This document shows, one piece after another, positions 37,323 to 50,737 of a DNA stretch of 64,000 nucleotides. The DNA is from Nitrospirales bacterium (GTDB lineage Bacteria > Nitrospirota > Nitrospiria > Nitrospirales > UBA8639). Position 1 is the stretch's first letter, and each line of letters begins with the position of its first letter. The notes beneath the pieces were generated by a model. It was not told the origin of the DNA, ran no database searches, and saw nothing but the letters and a program-made list of their open reading frames with translations. A program made the position numbers and the translations under genes. The stretch lies in NCBI GenBank assembly GCA_965203295.1, contig CBDBCZ010000010.1, forward strand, positions 288,001 to 352,000. The letters run 5' to 3'.

Positions 37323-37494
37323 TCGTACACACTGTGGTATTAACATACTAAAGTAAAAACAGCACATCATACATTGGTTCAACATATTAGTCTGCAGCAT
37401 TGACACAAACCAATGCAGAAACCACAAGTATCTGTGAGAGCAGCACAGTATTTGTTGTTTCAACATTGTGTAGCTATAACAATGTTTGTTAAGG

Positions 37495-38772
37495 CAGCAA
37501 AACATTTTTTGCAGTGCACGTAGCTTCACACCATCTGGATCCACCTCTAGCCTCTGACCAGGCTCATTGCGTGGGGGAAAGTTGAGCCTGGTACACACTG
37601 TTCGCACATGCGCAAGAATTTACGAAAAAGAGTCAGTAAACGTATCCGTGAATGACCTCAGCCATGTGGTAAGGAGTAGTACGGAGCAGCATACGCGTAT
37701 AGTAAGCGGAAGAGTTAGAAACTAGCTCATTTTGTCCTCCAACCTCAGAAAGCTTTAAAACCAGTTTATAAATAACAATAAGACCTGTACCTTTCTATCC
37801 ACTAGGATTATGGTATATGTCTTACCGCCAAAATTCGGAAGCGCCTCCATTTTTGTAGTGGCTCGATTTTCGATCACAGATCTGGTCTTCTAGGCCTTTC
37901 AGAAGAACGGGATCGAAGAATCGAACTAGCAATCACTTTCTAGGCATCTACAAGGCTTAAAAATGCTCCCAGGCGCATATAACTCGCCAACTACTCTAGT
38001 GCAACGGACGGTGATATGATGATAGACGGATAATATTACGCTGTAGTATCCGCTAGTTTCCAAGCCCCCAGAAATTCTGGGGGAACTGAGCATGCGCAAA
38101 CAGTGTGTACCAGGCTCAACTTTCCTCCCACGCAATGAGCCTGGGCACGAGGCTAGATCCACCTCCTTCATTATTTTCAGCACTGTATCTCTGCAGAGTT
38201 TACATAATTGGATGATATTCATGAACATTCACTGCCAAGTCATAGCATCATATCTGAGATATACCTTCTAGCAACCATCCTATATTTGTTCCTCAGTAAT
38301 TTCCTAATACCACGATATCCTCGAAGTTGGTCTGATGATTTCAGTATTTCCTGCACACATGCATGGCATTTCAATACTGATTATACTGTACAGTTTGCAA
38401 TTACTGTTCTGGCATGTGTTCAACATAATTTTGCATTTATGTATGCATAGATGTAAATTTATACATGCACATAATCACTGACATCCTTGCTAACTAATAC
38501 AGAACTTCAATAATAGCATGTAAATTGTTGATTCCAATGGATGACTCTTTTGCATATTATATATACTGAATGCATCAGGGTGCATGTGCATGGAGGCTAC
38601 AAAGCTATATATAGCATGTATCAATAGAAATACTTGATTAGAAGATCTACATACACAGGGTACAGAGTATAAGGACCGAATACAACAGTATACTCATAAC
38701 CAGAACTTACTATCCAGATCTAAAGGAGTCAACTCTCGTTCGGCCACTTTATACCACACATGTGCATGCCAT
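37495..38772 (-). pseudogene. IS3EU-like transposase 5' half (exons 1-5), probable partner of 28537-30310
   Basis: DLLIKYFY, EILKSSDQLRGYRGIRKLLRNKYRM, DTVLKIMKEVDPDGVKLRA (the last exon is split by the MITE at 37548-38155). Confidence 0.78.
37548..38155. mobile_element. AcademH-type MITE, 10-bp TSD, inserted in a transposase exon
   Basis: GATCCACCTC|TAGCCTC..CCAGGCTCATTGCGTGGG ... CCCACGCAATGAGCCTGGGCACGAGGCTA|GATCCACCTC. Confidence 0.9.
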
Positions 38773-38869
38773 TCTGGAAAAAAAAATGAGTTTGCTTAGC
38801 TACCTTAACTTGGTAAACACTAACAGTAAACGCTCGAAGAGAAAACTCGCCAGCAAGTGAGCGGCCGAA

Positions 38870-39194
38870 TGTTGCAGCTTTATACCCGAAACTAGCGGCT
38901 TTTAATCCCGCAACTTGCAGCTTCATACCTGCAACAGGGGGCTTTATTCCCGAAGCTGGCGGGAAAAAGGCCCGAAATTGGCGAGTTTACAACCGAAACA
39001 GGCGGCTTTATTCCCGAAGCTGGCAGCTTTAAGCTCGAAACTGGCAGCTTTATGCCCGAAACTGGCGGCTTTACAACCAAAACAGGCGGCTTTATGCACG
39101 AAACTGGCGAGTTTACAACCGAAACAGGCGGCTTTATGTCCGAAACGGGCAGCTCCTCAAAACTCGCTGCGGAGTGCAGTTCTCGGCCTCCATA
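38870..39194 (-). mobile_element. IS3EU-like terminus D with 21-bp subterminal array
   Basis: About 12 copies of GGCGGCTTTAYNCCCGAAACT, then GTGCAGTTCTCGGCCTCCATA (reverse complement TATGGAGGCCGAGAACTGCAC). Confidence 0.75.
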
Positions 39195-39349
39195 GAACTC
39201 AGTATAGTATGCGTATACACGCGTAAGGGAATTAATTAATGCGCGCGTGTCACTACGCCCACGACTGTAATATAGTGAAATGTGATTGTGACTAGCAAGC
39301 ATATTACGGACAAAAGCTGCTCCCATACAAAGTGATATACAAGAAAAGG

Positions 39350-39769
39350 CTATGTTATAGCAGGCATCACACAACACGGAAAATCAGCTACATAAAATTG
39401 TGAAGCAACTCTTACTAAAACACATTTGGAGATACTACACGTAACAGACTTCTCAAGAACTGGCTGCACCAAGCCAGATTCTTGAACTAAAAACAAGTGT
39501 GGGCAATGTCCAAACTGCTGAGCATTGAATATAGTCACTACGGCAAAAACACAGGGATGTGATGTGGTTGTCTGTACGTTATGACAAAGAACTTCCACGA
39601 AATATGTAATAAATCCGAACTTCAATGACTCAAACAGAATTGTGTAACTGTTTCTATTGACAGTTCTTGCATATTCTTTAGAATAGTAAGTTTCACCATT
39701 CTTTTCGAATCTCCAGAATTTCATTGCCTTATCAGCAACAGGTGTCACCCCATACACTTGCTCAATCAC
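39350..39769 (-). pseudogene. CACTA/EnSpm-like transposase C-terminal fragment
   Basis: YYSKEYARTVNRNSYTI..FGFITYF..ISKCVLV resembles the C-terminus of animal EnSpm-type transposases. Confidence 0.5.
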
Positions 39770-40228
39770 AATTCCAATTAAGACATCTAGATCAACGCTC
39801 TCTGAAGTGCCAATTCTCCATGATCCATCATGATATTTCTGTGGTCTCTTTCCATGCCTGAAAAAAAGTGAGCACTATGTGAGCCACACATCATACAGTG
39901 CAAGTGCCTGCAGCCTTGATAGAGAATCTCCAACAAAGATGCAGGCACTTGCACTGTTTGAAGTTGCCAAAGCAGTTGTTTTGTAAAACTTTGAGGGTGC
40001 AATGCCCACCTCCACACCCCTAGAAAGACATTAGTTTTACTATTCCAAAATGTCTCCCCCCTAGCAAAAAATTCTTTATGCAACCCTGAGTATATTGAGA
40101 ACACTATGCTGAGACATGGTCTAGTGACACTTATGTACATTACCATGCCAACCATTTTTTCCCACGTTTATAGCACTCAAAGCAGGCCACATACAGAGAT
40201 CACTGCTGTACCAATGTACATTAAATCA

Positions 40229-40311
40229 GTTAAAGGGCAGTTTTGGTGAGGGGTAAAAATCCTCGGCTTCGCCTCAGACTTAAATTCCCCTCACCCAAAC
40301 TGACCTTTAAC
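40229..40311. repeat. Long hairpin with GGCTTCGCC centre (Crypton-type non-autonomous end)
   Basis: GTTAAAGGGCAGTTTTGGTGAGGGG ... CCCCTCACCCAAACTGACCTTTAAC. Confidence 0.6.
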
Positions 40312-40659
40312 CATTACTAATATATCCCATGCTTATGCACCCACTGCAATGCTGACAGTTGTTATTGCTAATCATTGTATGAGCTACATGCATGCATAAA
40401 ATGTGTAGACAGAGCATTGCATTTTGTGGAACATACCTAATTTCATCTCCAAACAGTTTAGTATTTAGAACTTGGCCTTGTAGTGACAAACTGGGTCATG
40501 TGAGGTAAGCTTTGCAATACGGTGAAACTGAATACCATCTGTAATTAAATACACATAATTACATTAATTATTTGTATTACGCTACACAATAGCCTTTTTG
40601 TGCATAATACAGTACAGCACTCACAATTACAAGATAACACACTAACTTGTTCAGACATG

Positions 40660-42548
40660 TCACAAGTTCCGTGTCGGGGTGACTTTTACTAAATTGCCGC
40701 TTCTGCACCATCATGATAGGGAGTGACTTCTGGTAGTACTTTGCAGTCTTGGCACGGGGATTCTTTGGCCAAACTGCAATCTTGTCCACTGGGCACTAGG
40801 CGCAGGCATGTCTGGAGGACATTTCTTCTTAACCTGTTCAATTAGGTCTCGTACCGAAAGAGCTTGGGCAAGGTAGGTCACTTGTTCATGTCAACGTTTG
40901 TAAACTTCTGTAATTTCTTGGAGATAAACTTTGCACTGCTCCCAAAATACCTTGTACTTGTCACTTCCAGAGCAATTGACCTCACGCAGGTCAATCACAA
41001 TGTCTGGATTCTCCATTTCCAAAAACTGAGCAACCCTCGCATCAATTTCTTCCTCTTCTGTGGTACGAGCTGCACTGGCATCACCTATCAGTGAGAAAAT
41101 TTCAAATATAGGCTTTGCAGTAAACCCAGTGACTATACATGTACACAGGTACAGTCCTCCCAGTTCATGCTTTAATGAGTACACAAATTAGTGTGGCTTC
41201 ACTGGCTGTTATAAAAACACAGCTGTCTCTACACATAGGGGCTTATGTACTGTAACATGTACATGTCAACACACACAATCCTTGCACACAACACCTGTAA
41301 GAGTCCTGTACATTTCCCTCAAGGCATAGCTGTTTGCACCAGGGATCAAGCGGCCACATTTGTTGATTAAATCCTGCCACATGGCTCGATTGTGGTATTT
41401 TACAACCTTGTGATTTTGTGTGAGAACTCCATCTGCATTCTCATGCTTGGGGATCTTCCATATGAAGTGGTAGTTCCCAATACTTCCCCCAATACTATGA
41501 GTATACAAAATCACTCGAAATGGGAGGCCTTGTTCCAATTTACAAAAATCTTTCTGTGCGATTCGACGGTGCAAAATAGTGAATAAAGACAGAAGTGTAG
41601 TAGTCCTGTCCACTAAGTTCATCGACCAGAGGTTTGAGATGAGAAGGACAGTTTTCTGTGACTGGCAAGGTCTGAAAGTGCATTGAGTCCCCAACACTTG
41701 CACTGCTGCCTCCTGCTAGTGCTTCTGTGTGCTTCTGGTGTTTGGTCGCTACATGTACAGCATACCCTTCCAAGGATGAGGCAAAGCTCAGTATATCTTC
41801 CTTCATCAACTTCCAGCTCTCCCTCTTCATCCAACTTGTCAGAAGAAACCCCGATGAGGCGTGACCTTTGAGACTCTGGTACTCCATATTTGAGGCCAGT
41901 CGCTTTCTGTGCTTCTACAGTTCAGGCCTGTTGTATTCAGAAAAATTTGCTAAATTCAATGGCAGGGTTGCTTCCCTTAGAGTATGAAAATGGCCATCGA
42001 CATACCACAAAGCATCTCTGAGAGCTCTCATAAATGGTTCCCCATGCCTACCACCCTCCCCTTTCCATGTCATACCGGTTTCACGAAGGTAGGCGATGAT
42101 AGCATTGAACATCTCATCTTTTTTTTGTTCGCATAGGCACCAAATCGGGAAGGGGATTTCGCACTGATGCTGCCAGCTCCGCACTGCTCTCTATCATTCT
42201 TGTGAAGGTGTTGGGGACTGACATTTCGTCGGTTGTAGCAACTTGCACATCTAAAACAACATTGTATCTAACAAAACGACCGAAAAGTCCTCAGACTTCA
42301 CCGACGAGTAGACTATAATCCACTATGGACAAGCTTTCCTTCGACACACCAACAAACACCCGCTCCAATGTCCCTGTGCTGAGCTCAGGAGTTGGGGCGA
42401 TCACCGACACTACACCACAAGCAATCGCGGCATACAGAGCACTAAACGATACCCCTGAATCAGCCTGGAATATTGCCCACAGCACCAAACAGCGGCCGCA
42501 GCACAGTATAGTGACTGAAATCAGCTCCACTACTCTCGTTTGAAGCAC
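40660..42548 (-). pseudogene. Zator-like transposase N-terminal two-thirds, multiple frameshifts
   Basis: LRDALWYVDGH, YHNRAM, REMYRTLTG/DASA, DIVIDLR, WPKNP..MVQKRQFSKSHPD. The superfamily assignment is tentative. Confidence 0.5.
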
Positions 42549-42739
42549 GAGCTAAGGGTAGACGCATCACGTGCACGTAATAAGCAGGAATAATGAAATT
42601 TTTTAGCAATAACGAAACGTTTGAGCGGGGTCCACCAAGACGTGTGGGTGGAAACGGGAACCCAGGAATTAACTTTCATTGGCCTAAACTATTTCAGTAT
42701 ATCTTACCTCTTTCTCTTTTTGCCATCTTCAAAATGCTG

Positions 42740-44700
42740 CTAATCTGGGGGTCCAAACTGAGCTCCAGAATCAATCACCAACTTTGCCGCTAAGCGCTGT
42801 TTTTGTCTCAATGCAGCTGAGCTTCGTCGTCCTTCCTCACTTAAGTCACGGTATGACGCAGAAACACCTACCTTGGCTGCAAGTTGTTTTGTACAGATGT
42901 ATTTGTGAGCTGTGTGCAAATTAATCATAGCTTGCTGAATTGAAACTGGTTGTGGGCCTTTGCTATCTTCTTGATTTTTCCTTTCAACTGGATTTGTATC
43001 AGAAGGGCATTTTCTGCATGTTTCAACGTCCATTTGTGTAAAGTCTTGATGAATCATTTGTAAGTGTTGCGGACAAGTCCACCACTCAACCCAATGAAAA
43101 GCACGGCTCCAGTCACAATCTTTGTTTACAAATTCTGCCTCTTTCGTTTTCAGGGATTTTATTACCCCAATCAGTACATTTGCTGACTTCTCACCACACA
43201 GGACTTCAAATGCTTTGGCAACTTCGCTGTCCAACAGCTAACTTCGGAATGGATGCTGCAATTTTTGAAAATATTGCCCTTTCAAGAGGTTTATTATTGG
43301 AGCTTAGTACGCGATCGCGTACAAGGTGCCACGATCTGTTCCAGTGCACCTGACATCCTTTGAGTACCTTGCTAGCAATATCATCTCCTACTGCACTCTT
43401 TAGACCAGCTATCTTAGTGTCACACCAATCAGTGACAGTTCCAGTTAGGGTAGAACCAACCTTCAATTCCTGATGATCCTTTTGACATATTTGAAATATT
43501 TTTTTGAAGGCTAGGGCATGAGCATGCTAGTCTTGTTTATCTATCCTTAAACGAGCAACAACCATCCATTCCAGAGTGTTGTCGCTAAAGGCTACAGCAT
43601 TAAATAGGTAAGTTGTTTCTTGAAGGTAATATCTGTTTCTATGAATTCAGCCTCGGATAGTATTCTTGATTGCAATGGGTTCATTGTGAAAACAAACTTG
43701 ATTCCTCCCTCAATTCCAGCTGATACAAGGTAGGGCCTACTATGTTCTTTAAGGCTTGTTTCTTCTTCTTTAGTTGCTCCACTTCTTTTTTGTTCTTCAG
43801 TATTAACACTATCAGCTACAGATTCAAAAGAAGTCACATCTCAATTTTGTTCCTGATGGGAAGACATTTTGGCACGCTTCATAACATTTGAAATCCATCC
43901 AAGATGAACACCTGCTTTATCGACACTTCCAAGCACATAGCCAAGTGCCTTTCCACTAGCAAAATCTGTCGGTTTTAGATTAGGATTCTATTTTGTAGCG
44001 GCAGTAATATCTTATACCGACTGTTTGAGGAGATGTGATGCAGAATGCAGTGGATGATTGTGCAAATTCTCTGTTGCTTCTTTCTGCTGGCTAACAAACC
44101 AAGAATCCAAAGCTTCTTATTTGGATGCACGTATGTAAACTGAATGGGGCACTTACTATCCTTGAAATTTGTTTTCTGCAGTTGCTCTTTGGGGTGTTTT
44201 TTGCTTATAGGTACAACATGACTACATCCAGAAACTGGGCACACTTTTACACCATTACAGGGAGCGGACCTGTAAGTTACAACTTCCGTGTTTCCTGCAA
44301 TTTCCATGGTTGTGGTATGAATATTCACTTTATCCTTTGATAGTTGTATATCTGACCACATAAAATGTGGATCTGTGTGACGAGGAGCTACGAATTTTGT
44401 ATAGTCAGGGGTGTAGAATACTGCTTGAAACTGCTTTGTAAAAACTCCAGGGAACTGATAGTCTTCCTTATTTCTCTGCCCTGTCGCTCTTTTTTTAAAA
44501 GAAACATGTACTACTGTTTGAAGCACTAGTACCGATTTGCTTTGAAATAACTTCAGCCTCTGATGGTGCATCAGGTAGCAAAAATGGTGTGTTGCTAGAT
44601 ACTGTCTCTCTCCCAAGGGCAGTCACTTGAAAGGTGCCGAGTACTGTGTAATGTCCGCCTTTTTCGTTGATTTTAGCTGCCTATTGACAAGGCCTTGCAC
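42740..44700 (-). pseudogene. MULE-like DDE transposase with N-terminal GCM/WRKY-like Zn finger
   Basis: CNGVKVC..C..CP..HNH; IETDITF (D1); TVTDWCD (D2); GCQVH (CxxH); DTNPVE (E). Many stops and frameshifts. Confidence 0.7.
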
Positions 44701-44899
44701 ATGACACTGCCTCATGAAGGTCCTCCACTGTTCTGAATGTCCTATAAAATTTTCGTAAGAAGAGCAGGATTTATCAGTTATCAGCCCATTCCAGCGATGA
44801 TCCCCTGATCATTGTGCTAATTTTTCCCCCCTTCTCACCAATTGTATCGATTGTTGATATACGGATTTGCAACTCTTCTACATAGTCTACCATTGTTTG

Positions 44900-45720
44900 C
44901 ATTTCAGCTTGTGAAATGCAAACAATCACACATCACAACAAGCAACATTTCCAGATATGATGTTACACGGATCTTGAAATGCTCCCAGATGAATTTCACG
45001 CCGACATTTTCCAACAGGGTGGAACCACACAAACTTCGATGATTCAGAAAATTCTTGCAAAATCTGTCGGCAGAACTGCTGATTACGTAAGTGATCCTTG
45101 ATCCACACTCCTGCATGCTCTGTGTGGGAAAGGGAATAAAATATGGAAGCAGTGGCTGCGTTTCCATGCCTTCCTGCACGTCCTAGTTCTTGATCCCAAG
45201 AGCACAAGTTTTCAGGAACTCCATATCTTATAATGTGTCGAATACCAGGATGATCAATACCCAGTCCAAATGCTGACTTTGCCACCATAATCTGAGCCTC
45301 TCCTGATTTCCATCTCAGATATCTTTCATATCTAGACTTTGGATCCATCTTTCCGTTGTATGCAACACAATCAATTCCAAACCCACTTAGCTCACTTATT
45401 ATAAATCCAATGTTCTCGATGAAGTCTGTACAAACCACTGCACAACCCTTCTGCACCAAATCAGCTACTCTTGATGCAAAATGGTGGAAGTCATGTTTGT
45501 TATACCAGAAGGTAGCTCTTCACACCTATGGAATACATTTTGCCTGTAAACCGTGCCCTGTGATATAACTGGATCTCTAACCAACCTCAAGATACTAGAC
45601 TTGACCTCAGGAGGAGGACCATTACTGGAGTAGTGGGAAATTCACTTTTAAGGTTTTCCAAATTTTTGTAAGCTTCACGAAATTCTTGCCAATAATAGAA
45701 AAGATGAGGGTAATCTAATG
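44900..45720 (-). pseudogene. RecQ-family helicase C-terminal domain
   Basis: AYNGKM..IMVAKSAFGLGID.P.IRHII.YG.P....QELGRAGR, followed by an RQC-like CRR..CCD. Confidence 0.88.
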
Positions 45721-46639
45721 TATTCAAGCTAGGTTTTTCTTCAGAGCTAAGAAGATTAAGTCAGTGTTTGTTTTCTGGTTTTGACAGCCATTTGGGAGTT
45801 ACCTGTATTATGGACACTTAACTGTGCTCGTTGTTCTGCATTTCTGTCAAGTTGTGCTGACCCCAGAAACATTGCCTAAATTCCTTTGTCCTGTAGGTCT
45901 TTCACTTGATCTTGCATAAGGCTTATTGTTGCTGTCACTACTACTGCTTTCTTTTGCTCGTAAATGGGGGAAAATATGTAGCAAAGTGACTTTCCACTTC
46001 CAGTTAGCTGAATCACAACCGTGTCCCTAGATGATAACGCAGCATCTATGTTTTTTTTTGAAAATCATTAAAGGAGGTCATATGAAACGTTTGTGCTGGT
46101 GTAGCCACCTTTGTTGCCTCAGTGAGTTCTGTCAAAAGAAGACCTTGCAAAAACATCTGAGTCATACTCATCTTCGTGATCTGTTGCTGCATGAAACTGA
46201 CTGATGAAAACCAGTATGAGATGGAAGTTGCAAGAGTGCAGCAGCTGTGCTGGGTGTAGTAGTCACCAGTGAAGAAGTAGAAGAATTAGAAGAATTAGAA
46301 GTTTCCAACAGGTCATTGCAATTGGTTTCAGCGCATGGTGTACTTGTGATGTGATCTACTATTTGTGGAAATCAGTTGCTTTGATCAAAGACCGACTTTG
46401 TGGGAGAGCGCCTTGTTTATCTGTGGAAGCTAGAATTGCTTTGATCAAAGAGTGACTTATAAACGTTAATCCACCACCTCAACCAGTAAATTGGGCTTAC
46501 AGTGGTGCAAAGGCTCTATGTGCTAACCCTTGTTTTCTTTTCTTTTAGCGTGAAACCAGGAGAGTGTATAGCATGCTGTTAGAGGATAATGAGAATTTAA
46601 TGGCTGGAGTGTCGAACCAGAATGAGCTTTTCTAGCTTT

Positions 46640-46770
46640 AGTTAGAGTACTTTCCCAAGAGCAACGTGTTAAATATTGCACGAAGCAAAGCCGAGTGTTA
46701 TGTCTGGCCTCAACACCACACCCGAGCGCAATATTTCAAGTAGTGCACGAGGGTTTACAATACTTTAACT
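46640..46770. repeat. Degenerate Crypton-type hairpin, homologous to 55242-55402
   Basis: AGTTAGAGTA..AATATTGCAC..AAGCCGAGTG..GCAATATT..TACTTTAACT. Confidence 0.55.
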
Positions 46771-47109
46771 GGTTTATTGTATTGACATTTGAATTCTGTG
46801 CTGGTGGCTGGTGGATATGGTGGCATTTTGCTCATAGATGATTCAAACATTGATGCAGTAAGCGCAGTAAGCTGTTTATGGCTAGTTTGGTTGTGTTCCC
46901 ATCTGTCTGTATGCTGCAAGCTTACGTTTCTGACTCAAATATTACTGCTAGCTCAAAGCTTGATTGGTAGCTGTGTAGCAAATTTTTCTTGCATTTTGAA
47001 TAAATTCACCAAATTACTTCCTCAGAACGAGAGCTATGGATGGCACTTGATGCAACAGCAAGTTCAAAGCCTAATTAATTCCACGCATTACTCTAGTGTG
47101 TTTACTTAA

Positions 47110-50100
47110 CTCATTGGACGCCGTAATTACGTCACGCGCGTGATGCTCCACGCTATAATTTCTACAACAATGGTGTACTAAAAGTTGTAGCTCAGTGTTT
47201 GGCTATTTTTATGCTTACCTCATTGCACGCCGTACCCCACTTGAGTGGATATTACATAATCCTTCCACTACGCCACACGCCACTATAGTGGCTTTAGAGA
47301 CGGCAAGTTAACTGTACGGCCAGGAGGGGCAACCCCTTCCTTTATTAGCCATAAAATTGAGTAGATTGATTACTAATAGTGTGCTGAAAGTCGATCTAAT
47401 TTGTAATAGAATGGATACATACGGCAAAATATAGGACCGATCAAAATGGCTAGCTATGGCTACCTAAATTCCTGCGCAGTTAGTAGGGCTCTGTAGTCAA
47501 CTTCACTGGCAGATACAATGGTAACTGGTTCAGGGAAGAGTCCGGGGCTTCAGTAGGACCATCGTTCTTTGCCGCCTAAGCGTGAAGACAACAGTTTCGT
47601 ATCGAACTTACTGTGTATCCGGTTATCACTCCTGAAGCCCTTCTTGGATCCAATCTGCCCCCCTTTTTGCTTTCAATGGCTGTAGCCAATAGTCTAACAA
47701 GTACAACGCAGAATTCGCTGGATACTTGACTTGGTAACCCTTTATACCCGAATGACGACTATAGTCATTAATATGATTACGTAAATTACAAATGTCGCGA
47801 AATCTCACACCCGCGAACAGCTGTCTCAAAACTTTTATGGGTGCAGCTGTAGTGAATATTGACTATTGCGCCTACGCTGACTTCAACTTCAAAGAGTCTA
47901 CTCACCCGTGCTTACACAGCGCTTCCCTTTACTACAACTTCGCGCGGCAGCTCCACCAAGGTCAGCCCCACCCACAATATTGCAATTATGCATAATTCAA
48001 AAACAGTGCATGAATAACTACTACTAGAATGCCAGGGAGACCCCACTTGACAGCAGAGGACGTGGTTGACCTCCTGGATTCCGACAGAGAGGACGGAGAA
48101 GATCTAGAGGGGGATGATTTGCTGGAAGATGTTGACTTAGATGAGATCATCTGTCCTGGAAGTGATGATGACCTAGGCTTCGAAGAGGAGGTCATAGGGA
48201 ATAGCAGCGATGAGGAGCAGGAGTCTGAAAGTGATAGTGAGAGCGGGAGTGAGACGGCTAGGTAAATAATATTACAGAGCATAAGCATAAGACTTAGTGA
48301 ACCAACTACTGTAATGCTATTTCATATGCACAGGGCCACCAAAGAAACGAATCCACTGATACCAGCGGACACCATGCAGGTATGCAGCTTACAAGAAGAC
48401 TAATCAATCTGCATGGGCATGCTTCCCTATCACTAGACACACAATGACATCACAGCTATACTGAATGCACACAAAAATCTACGTAAACACATGCACATAT
48501 ATACATGTACACATACACACACACATGCACACACATGCACACACATGCACATACACATGCACACACACGCATACACACATGCAGTGTCACATGCACACTC
48601 ACATGCATACACACATGCACAGTGTCACATGCACACTCACACGCACCAAACACATGCATATTATTTTTAGCATTCATTCTCTGGAATGGTCCACACACCT
48701 GAGCTCGGTATCAGTACGTCCGTTCACCAGGCATGTCGGCCCAACAGTCCTGATCCCTCGTAGTCCCCTGCAGATTTTTCTGCTGATTTTCACCACCACC
48801 ATTCTCCAGTGGATTGTGGATCAAACAAACCTGTATCTCAGTGCCTGGGGGAGAGATTCGAAACCTGGCAACTGGTTACTATTGACGAATTGAAGGCCTA
48901 CATGGGGTTCATGATCCTAATGGGTCTGGTCAAGTTACCGTCAATCCCTGACTACTGGAAAAGAGATGAGGTATTCAACTACGGACCAATTTCAAGCAGA
49001 ATCACCCGAGATAGATTCTATGAAATCACAAAGTTCTTACACTTCTCTGACAACTCGGCACTGGCTGCTCCAGGTGAGGATGGCTATGACAGGCTTGGTA
49101 AGATAAGGCCGGTAATTAGGATGGTCAATGAAAGTCTCCAGGCCCTCCACAACCCGCACAAGGATGTCAGCATAGATGAGGCAATGATACCGTTCAAAGG
49201 ACGGTCATCACTGATGCCGAACAAACCGGTGAAAAGGGAATTTAAAGTATGGGCAAGGACAGATGCTACAAATGGATACATCTCGGAGTTTTACATCTAC
49301 ACAGGAAAGCAAGGCAGTGCTGTTGAAAAAAATCTAGGTGGAAAAGTGGTCATGACCTTAACAGCGAAATTGACTCACCTCTATCACCATGTGTATTTCG
49401 ACAATTATTTTACAAGTATGTCACTCCTAGTAGACCTCCTCAAGTTGGGTGTGTAAGGCTGCGGCACAATGCGTGTCAACAGAAAAGGCAGTCCTGATGG
49501 GCTCCAAGCAGTGGCGAAGAAGGGCTTCACGGAAAGGGGGCAGTCGAAGACTTGGCAGAGTGGGAACTTCACTGTGAGTGTATGGCAGGACAGCAAGCCC
49601 GTCCTTGTGGCAGCATCAAACAGTGATCCCCTCGCAAATATGTCTGTCACAAGGAAGCAGAAAGATGGCACACGGATAACTGTTGCTGCACCAATGTCGG
49701 TTGTTAAATACAAGTATATGGGAGGGGTCGATAAGAATGACCAATTGCGCGGCTACTATCATGTTCGACTTAAGTCTAGAAAATACTATAAATACATTTT
49801 CTGGTTCATGCATGAGGTGGCAATAGCGAACGCATTGATCTTGTGCATCAATCACACTGACCTTGGTATCAAGGAAGGCAAGACATTCCGAGTACTGCTT
49901 GCCAAATCACTCATCAGTGACTACTGTAGCCGTAAGCGGTCCAGTCGTCCCATCACCCGACCTACATCAAAGAGGTTCTGCCCAGATCACTTCCCTACAC
50001 GTGGGTCGGATAAGAACCACCGCTCTCACTACTGTCAGGTATACAAGAAGGAGCGACATGAAACGAAGTGGTATTGCAGGGATTGCGGCCACTACTTCTG

Positions 50101-50167
50101 CCATAATGGGTTAAAAGGCGACTGCTTCTACATGTACCACACCAAATATGCATCAAACTTTAGTTAG
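47110..50167 (+). mobile_element. piggyBac element 2: left end and spliced transposase pseudogene (48029-50167)
   Basis: TTAA|CTCATTGGACGCCG left end; SIDEAM, YFDNYF, MGGVD and a C-terminal Cys-rich domain; frameshift near 48835 and stop at 49454. No right TIR was found. Confidence 0.88.
48465..48660. repeat. CA/CATG-rich imperfect microsatellite in a piggyBac intron
   Basis: (CA)n interrupted by ATG. Confidence 0.9.
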
Positions 50168-50295
50168 ACTTATATAGCCTTGCATCTTGCACTCAATCCT
50201 AACCGTAACCTAAAAACATGCTGTTGCACATTCTAAAAGTTCATTGAAAGTTGAGGTAACATTTTACTTGAAAACAAGGACAGTAAGTCATACAC

Positions 50296-50737
50296 TAATG
50301 CACCTATCAATGTTACGCCCCACCCCTCCCCTCACGGGCATAGGTGGGGCATAAGTGGGAGATTTTCTTACATTTGACTGGAAAAGGCAGACTCAGGGGT
50401 GGGGCATTTGCCTCAAATACGGAAACTTGCCTCGTGTGCGCATCTTAAAGCTGTTGATGGCGGTGCTTATGGAGAGGTTATTTATGCTTTTTATATGCTG
50501 TTTTTGTGCTATGGCGTGTTCGATGAAGACCGTACTGGTGAGCGTGGGAGACAACACTCGAGTTGTATCATTCGGTCGGAGTAGCGCCTCTACTGTGGAC
50601 AGCGAAGCGCTGGCTCCAGCCATTCAGGCAGCGTTCAACGATCTTCTCCTTCCAGGACAAACTTTTTTTTGCAAATGAAGTGCGAGGAGTGGGGAGGCGT
50701 GTTCGTAGATTTGCTCGAAAAGGAAGTACCGGATAAG
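50296..50737 (+). mobile_element. DNA-transposon left end with a short ubiquitin-like ORF, cut at 50738
   Basis: TAATGCACCTATCAATG followed by CCCCAC/GTGGGG motifs. ORF from 50523 reads MKTVLVSVGDNTRVVSF..(frameshift)..EEWGGVFVDL..VPDK. Confidence 0.45.

Noticed and set aside
30335..39194. One intact element bounded by TATGGAG(T)GCCG inverted ends
   Set aside because: The flanks GTAAGG and GAACTC are not a TSD, and the transposase halves on either side of 30335 fit nesting better. Not fully excluded.
48465..48702. His/Thr-rich ORFs
   Set aside because: Translations of a CA microsatellite in an intron.
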